A stretch of 64,000 nt of DNA from an uncultured bacterium (GTDB taxonomy: Bacteria; Acidobacteriota; Thermoanaerobaculia; Multivoradales; J023): assembly GCA_965366625.1 (NCBI GenBank), contig CBDUGP010000038.1, positions 4,239 through 68,238 on the forward strand, given 5' to 3'. Under the pieces are notes generated by a model, which was not told the DNA's origin, did not search any database, and was given only the letters and a program-made list of their open reading frames with translations. A program made the translations under genes and the position numbers. This document shows positions 46,719 to 54,880 of the stretch, piece after piece (position 1 is the stretch's first letter; each line of letters begins with the position of its first letter).

Positions 46719-47713
46719 CAGGTCGAACCGATCAGGTGATCGATATCACCGAGGTTGAGCCGTTCGAATAGCCGCCTGAGTGGCTGAGCTTGGTAGTCGA
46801 GCAGCTCGACCAAACTGCCTTCGTGAGGCAGACCCAGCCCTGCCACGTGCTCGATGCCCTTTTTGTAGGACTCCACCAAGCGAAAGGCGCAATAGCTCAC
46901 CGCGCCGCTCCGAACCAGGATCTCCTGAGCATCCTTTAAGGCCTGAAAATCGTTCAAGTCCATTGCAACACGGTCCGCAAATTCGTGGAATTTAGCTCGC
47001 TCTTCATGCTCGGCCACTCGAGCAAAAAGAATCGGCAGGCATCCGTGTCGACGTTGCCAATCGGTGGTTGCGGGGCGGGCGAGCGCGTCCCCTAGGTCGT
47101 CGTTGATTTGTGCGATTTCCCCCAAGGACACACCGAGTTCCCCGACCCGCCGGGCCTGCTCCTCCGTCGCCCCTGCCAAGATCGCCCCGAGGAATAGGGC
47201 GCAACGGAATAGCGGCGGGGTCTTTAGGCCAACAATTCGCCAATACTCATCTTCGCCATCGGGATCGAGGGCGTCGAGGTACTGACCGAAGCCGGTTCCC
47301 AGGACCGTTTCGTGCAACTGCGAATGCATCATGGATAGGGCTGCGGCCGAGGCGTCCGATCGGCTCAAACACGCTCCTGCAGCAGCCTGGAAGGCCGTCG
47401 CCAGATTGAAAGTCGGTCCGAACCCGAGACTTCGGTGTAACCCATTGGGGTCCTCATCTAAGACGTCATCCACCAAATGAATACTGTAATGAAGGCAGAG
47501 AATTGCCGCTGCGCCGGGAAATCCAATTTGCCAATCGGAGCCGAATGCTCCGCCGGCGTGGCAAACATACTCCCAGCTCGGCTTGATTCCGGACCTGAGG
47601 GGTCGGCCGAGCAAGCGATCAAAGTCAGGCCAGGAAGCGACTTCGGGAATCGAGCGGATGATCTCGACGACCTTGTCGTATGTCCAGGCGGATCGTTCTT
47701 GATGTCCGTCCAT
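46718..47713 (-). CDS. Class I isoprenoid (polyprenyl/terpene) synthase family protein
   Basis: Two Asp-rich motifs 'LVDDVLDED' and 'INDDLGDA'; stop overlaps kinase start (ATGA). Confidence 0.65.
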   Translation of the reverse strand: MDGHQERSAWTYDKVVEIIRSIPEVASWPDFDRLLGRPLRSGIKPSWEYVCHAGGAFGSDWQIGFPGAAAILCLHYSIHLVDDVLDEDPNGLHRSLGFGPTFNLATAFQAAAGACLSRSDASAAALSMMHSQLHETVLGTGFGQYLDALDPDGEDEYWRIVGLKTPPLFRCALFLGAILAGATEEQARRVGELGVSLGEIAQINDDLGDALARPATTDWQRRHGCLPILFARVAEHEERAKFHEFADRVAMDLNDFQALKDAQEILVRSGAVSYCAFRLVESYKKGIEHVAGLGLPHEGSLVELLDYQAQPLRRLFERLNLGDIDHLIGST

Positions 47714-47849
47714 GGGTCCGCCTTGCACAAAATCCTACCGATGAAACCCCCGTGAGGATCCCAGCCATTATATGGGTAGGCCAACCCCCTACCAAGTCTG
47801 CCTCAACCTAGTTTCCACCCTGCCTCCCGAGGATCCGGGCAACAGCCTC

Positions 47850-49985
47850 TCAGGGGTGGTCGGCGTTTGCCAACGCAGGATGGAGCAAGATGTGGGTCTG
47901 ATCCACTTCGAGTCCCGGCAAGCTTTGCGCGAGGCCGTCGGGCCACCGAGCCTCGATCCCCAATACCTCGGTCTCGGTTCCTAAGCCAAATGTAAGGATC
48001 GTCTCCGACTGGGATAAATATCCCCGGGTCGGTGTGACCTCTTGCCGCTGACGCCCGGCCGCGGTCAGGATTTCAACCTGGGCTCCGAAAGCCCAAGGGT
48101 TTGGCTCGGGAGCCTCCAGCCGAAGCCGAATCCAATGACCGTCACTTTGCAGCCGGCGGGCCAGGTGCTCGCGATCCAGCTCATTGCGCAAAATAGTGGG
48201 CCGGCCGGAAGGCTGGGTCAGGACGAGGTCCAAATCACCGTCGCCGTCCAGGTCAGCGAAGGCGGCACCTCGTCCAGCCCTCGGTTTGGCGAGATCTCCT
48301 AAAACATCGACATCGGCCGGCTTGAACTTACCGTCGCCCTCGCCCCAAAGGAGCTGAGCGGGTTGACGATAGCTTTGGGAAGGGTCCAAGTCGGCAATTT
48401 GATCCTCCACATGACCGTTGATCTGCAGCAGGTCGAGCCGCCCATCGAGGTCGACGTCGAGTAGCAGCACGCCAAACGTGAGCACATCGCGGCTGGCGGG
48501 TCCCAATCCCGAAGCTGCCGACTCGTCGACGAAGAATTCTCCCCCACTGTCGCCGACATAGAGGGAACTCGTCTCCTGGGAGAAGTTGCCGACCAGGAGA
48601 ATCGGCCGGAGTATGGGTTGATTATGACGCGGCTGCTGAATAGACGGTTGCTGAATAGGCTGGGCGGGTCTGCGCAGGAAGCCGCTATCCAAACCCATGG
48701 AGCCGGTCGCTTTGCCGCCCGCATCATAAGCCAGGCCCACCCACTCCCCCACTTCTTCGAAGCCGCGGCCGGCCCCGCGGTTGCGGAACAGAAAATTGGC
48801 GGTGGTGTCGTTGGCCACCCACAGGTCCGTCCAGCCATCGCCGTCGATGTCGCTGGGTTTGACCGCAAGGGCTTTTCCGGTCGGCTCGGCCCCCGGGTCC
48901 TTGGGCACCCAAATACCGAACTCCTTGCCAACGTCTTCAAACCGCCCCTGACCGTCGTTCAGGAACAGCCGGGAGTGGGTGCCGCTGTATTCCTGAGGTG
49001 GCGCGTAGGCCCGTCCGATACCTTCGACGTGAAAATTGAGCTGTCGTTCAATGGCCGGTGACCAGCTGACGTAATGGCAGACGAAAAGATCTAGATCTTG
49101 GTCTCCGTCCGCATCGAAGAAAGTCGCACCCGTCGACCATGAATTGGAATCGTCGGCCAGACCCGAGCTGTCGGTGATCTCGACGAAAAATCCACCGTCG
49201 TTGCGAAAGAGCCGAGAACCACCGACCGCCGAGATGAATAGGTCCAAGTCATGATCACCGTCGATATCGCCCACCGCCGGGCCCATTCCATAGAGGGTTA
49301 CGTTCAGCCCCGACTCACGGGTGACGTCCTCGAAACGGCCTGTGCCGTCATTGCGAAAAAGCCCGAGCGAAGCCCGAGGCTCACTCGCTGTGCCGGCGAA
49401 GGCCGACCACGAGCTGCCACCGACGAAAAGCAGATCCGGATCGCCGTCTTGGTCTAAGAGATCGACGAAGGCCACGCCCCCGCCCATGGTTTCCGGCAGT
49501 AGCTTCTCTCCCGCGGCCCCATTGCGAAACTCGAAGTCGATACCCGCTTCAAGGGTGATGTCCGTGAACAAACCCCGCGGGATGACCTCAGCAACGGACG
49601 AGTCCGTCTCGGACGAAAGGGGAAGCACTTTCGCTTCGGAACCCACCGGTGTCGTGGACTCCAAGGGATTTACCCGGCTCACCGACTCCGGTACCGACAT
49701 CGAGGGTGTATCGATGCTCGACTCGAGCACAGGCGATCGATCAAAACCGTAATCGGCCGCCTGCAGGAGCCCAGGGTTTTCGGATGCGATCTGGGCGTTA
49801 ATTGGCCACATCCAATGCAGGCTCAGGCCATATAGGCTCAGGCCATACAGGCTCAGGCCGCACAGAAGAAACGCGATCGGTCCACACCAAACCCATGCGG
49901 AGAGTTGGCCGCGCTTTCCATCTCGGGCAGCATCCATCGACGGGTCAGAGCGCCTAACGATGATCGGCCGATTCCGAGATCTCAT
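47850..49985 (-). CDS. CRTAC1-family protein (FG-GAP/VCBS beta-propeller + ASPIC/UnbV C-terminal domain)
   Basis: Repeated 'DxDGDGxxDL' FG-GAP loops ('DIDGDHDLDLFI','DADGDQDLDLFV','DIDGDGWTDLWV','DLDGDGDLDLVL'); C-terminal 'GYLSQSETILTFGLG' ASPIC motif; (LSLYG)x3 in signal peptide. Confidence 0.8.
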   Translation of the reverse strand: MRSRNRPIIVRRSDPSMDAARDGKRGQLSAWVWCGPIAFLLCGLSLYGLSLYGLSLHWMWPINAQIASENPGLLQAADYGFDRSPVLESSIDTPSMSVPESVSRVNPLESTTPVGSEAKVLPLSSETDSSVAEVIPRGLFTDITLEAGIDFEFRNGAAGEKLLPETMGGGVAFVDLLDQDGDPDLLFVGGSSWSAFAGTASEPRASLGLFRNDGTGRFEDVTRESGLNVTLYGMGPAVGDIDGDHDLDLFISAVGGSRLFRNDGGFFVEITDSSGLADDSNSWSTGATFFDADGDQDLDLFVCHYVSWSPAIERQLNFHVEGIGRAYAPPQEYSGTHSRLFLNDGQGRFEDVGKEFGIWVPKDPGAEPTGKALAVKPSDIDGDGWTDLWVANDTTANFLFRNRGAGRGFEEVGEWVGLAYDAGGKATGSMGLDSGFLRRPAQPIQQPSIQQPRHNQPILRPILLVGNFSQETSSLYVGDSGGEFFVDESAASGLGPASRDVLTFGVLLLDVDLDGRLDLLQINGHVEDQIADLDPSQSYRQPAQLLWGEGDGKFKPADVDVLGDLAKPRAGRGAAFADLDGDGDLDLVLTQPSGRPTILRNELDREHLARRLQSDGHWIRLRLEAPEPNPWAFGAQVEILTAAGRQRQEVTPTRGYLSQSETILTFGLGTETEVLGIEARWPDGLAQSLPGLEVDQTHILLHPALANADHP

Positions 49986-50009
49986 GGAATCCAGGGGTCG
50001 AGTTCGGGC

Positions 50010-53000
50010 TCAAGGTGAACTCGCAGCTCCCACGGCCCCCGCCCCACCCTTTGCCGAATCTGCGGTCTGCGCCGTCTGAGCAGGCACCGGAATTTCGTCG
50101 GCGTCGGCGCCGAAGGGGCCATTCACCAGCAGCTCGAAGGGTTCGGAGCGGCGCACGGACGGATCGGTTTCGAACTCAAAGGCTCCAGGCCTCTGAAGGT
50201 CGTAAAGCACGATGGCTTCAGCTGCGTGGTTGGCGGCTGGATCGGCAGCCCGAGCCACGGCAACCGCTTGGTCTCTGGCGTTATCGTCGATTTTGTACTT
50301 TTGGTAGAGTTCGAAATGCTCCGTCGCTTGCTGCTCGTTACCCAGCTCCTTATGCAACAAATATAAGTTGTAGTGGGCTGAGACGTGCTCCGGATCGAGG
50401 CCGAGCACACGCTCGAACATCACTTTTGCTTTTCCGATCAGCTCCAGCTTTTGGGGCTGGCGCTGCTCGCCTCTCTCCTGCCGGGCCCGCTCGTAAAGGG
50501 TCTGCCCTAGCTCCGCCAACACCCGATAGTCCTGGGAGAAATCGAATCCGCGACGCCGGGTTTCGGCGTCGTCGAGGTTCAGAATGTTCTCGAAGTTGGC
50601 GATCGCCTCGTCTAGGAAGCCGTTCTGCTTGTTGACCAAACCGGTGAACCAGGCCACGGTCCATGCGGGAGAGGCGGGCGACCCTGAAATCGGGTGAGCT
50701 TTTGACGCCCGCTCCAATGCTTGGATGGCTTGGTCTTGCACGGTTCCTTGGGCAAAGTACACCCGAGCCAAGTTGAGCGCGCCTTCCGTCCGCCCGAGCT
50801 GCTCCACCTGGGTGAAGGCGTGCTCCGCTTGTTTCAGCTCACCTTTCGATTTGCCACCCTTGCGCAGGAGACCGATGCCGTAATCGTTCCAGCGCATCCA
50901 AGGGTCGGCGGTGGCCGGCAAGGGATTGTCCAACGGTCCGTGAGCGAAGCCTTCCACAGGGAACGTGATCCGATCCTCGGCCAAGGTCAAAATCGGCAGA
51001 TCGTTGACCCATTTCGGATTGTCTTCCACCAGAGCCATATAGGTCGTGTCGAATTTGCGGTATTGCAAACGGGCTTCTACCCGAACCGGCCCTACGACCC
51101 CTTCAGGAACGGAGAACTTGAAGTGCACCGAGTCCGCCGCACCGGGAGGAATCTGGTGGTTGTAGAGGGCGACGAAGATATCTTCGGCGTTCCTACGATC
51201 GATCCGGCGACCGTGACGATCCAGAACATAGGCGTTGACGAAATGGGACCATGGATCGACCCGATTCTGCTCCCCCAATCCCCCGATTCGGCCGATCGTA
51301 CGAACTCCGTCGGAAAATTCGGCGATCATGCGGACATCGAGCCAAACCTGATTCGAGTCGGCGGTCCCTTGGGTAAAGAGATGGCCCATCTTGGCGGTGC
51401 GAATCACGATGTCGAGCAGATAGTCCTGACCCGGCCGCAGCTCGGGCACCGACGGCCGAAGCGGAGCGATTGGGGTGGCGTCGATGGTGCCACCCTCTTT
51501 CAAGGCGAAAATGTCCAGACGCATCACGTCCCGATTGAACTCAGCTTGCCGTTGGTTGACCCATTCCGGCATGCCGAGCAGCTTGGGGATGGCGGTATTG
51601 GCACTCGCGAATTGATGGTCGTGGACTTTCAGGGAGCCGTCACCATCGAAATCTTGGGCGCCGAATTGCTCCGAAGGCCGTCGGGGCATGTGGCAGCCAT
51701 TGCAATTCTCTTGCGCCGCGGGTGGGTAATAGAAGCTGGTCACCCCGTGGCCGGACACGCCCGACAAATGGTAAGCATCGTAGTGATTCTGGCCCCGCAG
51801 CCATTTGTAATTGTTCAGCTCTTCAGGCAGGTGAACTTTGTGGCAGCTGCCGCAGAATTCCGGGGTCTTGTGCAGGGGTTTCAAGAATGTGCGCTTGTGG
51901 AATTCCGGCTTGGCCTTCACCAACTGTTGGTTGAGCCATTGCAAGGACTCCGACTCCGAGCCGGCGAAGGGATAGTGGGTGGGCTCCTCGATGGTGTAGT
52001 CGGAATTGCCACGCACCGAATTCACGTGGGTAATGGCGTGGCAAACGGTGCAGGTAATGCCGGCCTGGCCGGCCGGGTCGTTGACGTCGTCGAAATCCGG
52101 ATCGTCGAATTTGCCGCTGAAGAAAACCACTGGATCATGACAGCCGGCGCAAAAACGGGACGCTTGCACATTGCCGTCGCGAGCCTCAGCCATCCGACGT
52201 GTTCCATCCACGGAAAATTTATAGGGTGGGTTGTTGAACGAGCTGAAGCGGTGCATGGAAACCGCCCAGGTTTCATGGCTGTCCTCGTGGCATTTCTGGC
52301 AATACTGGTCGTTCATGAGAACTTCTTCGGGGATGAAATCACCGGTCGCCGTGCGGGATAACGACGGGAAGAAATATTGCTCCCCAGATTTTGGTCCCTC
52401 GACGTTCCATTGACGGGGATCCTGGGCCTGCCAAACCACCATGATCGCGGCGAAAACCGCTGCCACCACTGCCCATCGGCGTCCTACCTGCCATTTGATC
52501 TTCTTGCCGGCCAAGCGATGCAGCACAAATAGCCAGCCCGCGAGCAGAGGCGTGATCACATGTATCCAATATGCGATCGAGCGAGTGGTGGGATCCTTCA
52601 CCACGATGACCCCTTCGAGCCGGGTCAGCACCACCCCCGACACCAACAGCAAGATCACCATCACAAAGAGGGCGTAACCGGCCTTGACCGCCCGCCGATT
52701 ACGGCGGTCGTAGGTGTTGTACATGTGGATGAAGCCGAAGATCAGGGCGGGCAGCAGAATTAGGACGCCGAGCACCAAGTGGACCAAGAACATGTTCATG
52801 TAGAACCAGTTCTGAAACGTCTTGCCGGTGGTGCTTTCGAGGATCGATACCCCGATCAGGTAGGTCGAGTTAATGGCCAGGAGGGCAAAGAGCCCGAAAA
52901 CCAGGCTCAGGACCCGTTGCAGCTTGGGGCCGACCGCCTTCTTGTACCGTCTTTTCTTGGGAGCCGGCGTCTTGGTGGGTTCGGCGGGTTTCGACTGAGA

Positions 53001-53015
53001 ATTTTCGGTGCTCAT
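50010..53015 (-). CDS. Membrane-anchored multihaem c-type cytochrome (5 CxxCH) with C-terminal TPR repeats
   Basis: CQKCH, CAGCH, CTVCH, CGSCH, CNGCH; N-terminal 4 TM helices; C-terminal TPR-like 'AHYNLYLLHKELGNEQQATEHFELYQKY'. Confidence 0.8.
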   Translation of the reverse strand: MSTENSQSKPAEPTKTPAPKKRRYKKAVGPKLQRVLSLVFGLFALLAINSTYLIGVSILESTTGKTFQNWFYMNMFLVHLVLGVLILLPALIFGFIHMYNTYDRRNRRAVKAGYALFVMVILLLVSGVVLTRLEGVIVVKDPTTRSIAYWIHVITPLLAGWLFVLHRLAGKKIKWQVGRRWAVVAAVFAAIMVVWQAQDPRQWNVEGPKSGEQYFFPSLSRTATGDFIPEEVLMNDQYCQKCHEDSHETWAVSMHRFSSFNNPPYKFSVDGTRRMAEARDGNVQASRFCAGCHDPVVFFSGKFDDPDFDDVNDPAGQAGITCTVCHAITHVNSVRGNSDYTIEEPTHYPFAGSESESLQWLNQQLVKAKPEFHKRTFLKPLHKTPEFCGSCHKVHLPEELNNYKWLRGQNHYDAYHLSGVSGHGVTSFYYPPAAQENCNGCHMPRRPSEQFGAQDFDGDGSLKVHDHQFASANTAIPKLLGMPEWVNQRQAEFNRDVMRLDIFALKEGGTIDATPIAPLRPSVPELRPGQDYLLDIVIRTAKMGHLFTQGTADSNQVWLDVRMIAEFSDGVRTIGRIGGLGEQNRVDPWSHFVNAYVLDRHGRRIDRRNAEDIFVALYNHQIPPGAADSVHFKFSVPEGVVGPVRVEARLQYRKFDTTYMALVEDNPKWVNDLPILTLAEDRITFPVEGFAHGPLDNPLPATADPWMRWNDYGIGLLRKGGKSKGELKQAEHAFTQVEQLGRTEGALNLARVYFAQGTVQDQAIQALERASKAHPISGSPASPAWTVAWFTGLVNKQNGFLDEAIANFENILNLDDAETRRRGFDFSQDYRVLAELGQTLYERARQERGEQRQPQKLELIGKAKVMFERVLGLDPEHVSAHYNLYLLHKELGNEQQATEHFELYQKYKIDDNARDQAVAVARAADPAANHAAEAIVLYDLQRPGAFEFETDPSVRRSEPFELLVNGPFGADADEIPVPAQTAQTADSAKGGAGAVGAASSP

Positions 53016-53184
53016 GAATCGCTAATCTCGATGCCTAAAGGCGTCAATGGCTAGGTAGGTAGGGTTGGAAACCCCATTTGGAACCAACGAAGCGCCTATC
53101 TTACCCGGTCATCGGTCCGATGGCTGTCAGAATTTACCGCCAGCCAGAACCTACGGCAAGCCAGGACATACCGCCGGCCAGGAT

Positions 53185-54591
53185 CTACCGCGGGCCAGGA
53201 CCTACGGGCACCGTTGCCGCGGGATCGCCCAATATGATGTGGGATCGGGCGTCGCAGTAGGCGGACCAAAGCTCGAGAAGCTCCAAGGATTCGAAATCGC
53301 CGTCGCCCGCTCCCAGGCTTTCGGCCACCAGACGGGTGGCGAGTTCGGCGTGCCGTTGGGCAAAGGCTTCCATGGCCAAACCCACCGGAAGCCCCTTGAG
53401 CAGCTGGCTCAGAACCTCGCCAAAGCAATGGGCTTGACCGTCCTCAAAACCACCGAAGCTGTGGCTCGGCATGGCCCGGTCGACGTGGGCGATCACCGCG
53501 CCGGCTCCGCCCGCCGGGTGGCTCAACAGCCGCTGGGGCAGACGGGCCACGAACGGATCGTTCGCGAGCAGCCTGCGCTCCCCTCGCCGGTCCTTGCCGG
53601 GAGCGCCGAAGGTGTCCAATCTGGGAGTGCCGGCCGTATGGCAACCGAATAGGACGAAAATCCTGCCCGCCAAAGAGGCGTTGTCGGGTACATCGGAGGC
53701 GGCAAAGTAGTGTTTGGAATAGGCGGGCCCGGTGCCCGGCCAATCCGCACAGACGATCGCCCCTTGGCAAGGGCGAAGGCGGGCGTTCTCGGGTTTGAAG
53801 AGGGCGGCATGGCCAATGGTCATCACCACCTGTGAGCTGCCGTCGGTGAGGCTGCGGCTCAACCTCTCTTTGGTGGCGGCCCGGCCATCGAAGCGCCGAG
53901 AGCGAATGCCTTGATGGTTGAGAGCCCGTTCCAACGGGTCGACGAGGGCGCGTCTAGCGGTGTCCGTGGCGGGATCGAGCCCTTGGTTTTCAGGGCCATG
54001 TCCGACCGAAAAGAGATCGAGATCGTAGGTCCGGCGAGTCGCCCGCTTCTCCGCCTCGATCAGCCCTTGGGCATAACGGGCGTAAGCCTCCGGCGAGGGC
54101 AATTCCAACCGGCCGGTGGCGTATTGCAGGTCGAGATCGAATTGAAATCCATGGGGAATCTCTTCGGGGGAGCCCACCAACAACAAGTAGTAGGGCACCG
54201 TCGAGGGAACCACCGGCCCGGGTCCGGCGCGCAGTCGCGACAAAAAGGTGCCCGGCCCTTCCCGGGGCACGTACGTCAGGCGACGGAATAGTGGACCGAC
54301 CTGCTCGCGGCGCCAGTCCAGAAGCGGCTCCAAAGCCTCGACGATCGCTGGGTCGACGGAGCGATGAAAGACGGCTCCCCAGCCGGCCTGGCGCAAATCC
54401 GTGGGGTCGAGGTCGGCCCTCAGTCTGCGACTGCGGGCGATCACGGACTCGAGCCCACGCGGCGCCAGGTCGGGATAGAACGGCCGGCCGGTCTCGGCAT
54501 CCATGCCGAGAAACCGCAGGGCGATTCTGTCCTGCCCCGTTTGCAAACGGGGCACCTGACGGACGGCGGGCTCGAGGTCCTTAGTTTTCAT
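53185..54591 (-). CDS. Hypothetical protein; possible clan-CD-like cysteine peptidase (candidate His/Cys dyad)
   Basis: 'VVMTIGHAALF' ... 'RIFVLFGCHTAGT' His-then-Cys arrangement ~56 aa apart, 'YYLLLVGSPEEIP' block; no firm family assignment. Confidence 0.4.
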   Translation of the reverse strand: MKTKDLEPAVRQVPRLQTGQDRIALRFLGMDAETGRPFYPDLAPRGLESVIARSRRLRADLDPTDLRQAGWGAVFHRSVDPAIVEALEPLLDWRREQVGPLFRRLTYVPREGPGTFLSRLRAGPGPVVPSTVPYYLLLVGSPEEIPHGFQFDLDLQYATGRLELPSPEAYARYAQGLIEAEKRATRRTYDLDLFSVGHGPENQGLDPATDTARRALVDPLERALNHQGIRSRRFDGRAATKERLSRSLTDGSSQVVMTIGHAALFKPENARLRPCQGAIVCADWPGTGPAYSKHYFAASDVPDNASLAGRIFVLFGCHTAGTPRLDTFGAPGKDRRGERRLLANDPFVARLPQRLLSHPAGGAGAVIAHVDRAMPSHSFGGFEDGQAHCFGEVLSQLLKGLPVGLAMEAFAQRHAELATRLVAESLGAGDGDFESLELLELWSAYCDARSHIILGDPAATVPVGPGPR

Positions 54592-54609
54592 CGCATGTAG
54601 GGCGGGTTC

Positions 54610-54786
54610 TCAGCCGTCCTCGGTTTCGTCCAAGGGCTCGTCGGCTCCTTCCAACGGCAGGCCTCCCCCCGCCTTGGCGGTATCGTCGGTCTGGGTTGGA
54701 TCACCCGGCGGATCGTCGCCCGCCCGCCAGGGCCAGAACGGCTTCGGTCCCGGATTGGATCCTCGGTGTTCGAGCTGTAAAGACAT
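54610..54786 (-). CDS. Small acidic protein (58 aa), hypothetical
   Basis: ATG preceded by AAAGGAGA RBS at optimal spacing; 'MSLQLEHRGSNPGPKPFWPWRAGDDPP...EPLDETEDG'. Confidence 0.35.
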   Translation of the reverse strand: MSLQLEHRGSNPGPKPFWPWRAGDDPPGDPTQTDDTAKAGGGLPLEGADEPLDETEDG

Positions 54787-54880
54787 CTTGATCTCCTTTC
54801 CCCTCAGTCTCCCGAATTGCGGCCGCGGCAAAACGGGAAATTTGATTGGCTGCGCTTCGATGTCTGAACCTGACTCAAGT

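Noticed and set aside
50721-52361. 546-aa plus-strand ORF antisense to the multihaem cytochrome
   Set aside because: CxxCH motifs and TM/TPR organisation support the minus-strand gene only
53065-53652. 195-aa plus-strand ORF between the cytochrome gene and the putative protease gene
   Set aside because: Mostly antisense to the 53185-54591 gene; Gly/Arg-rich artefactual translation
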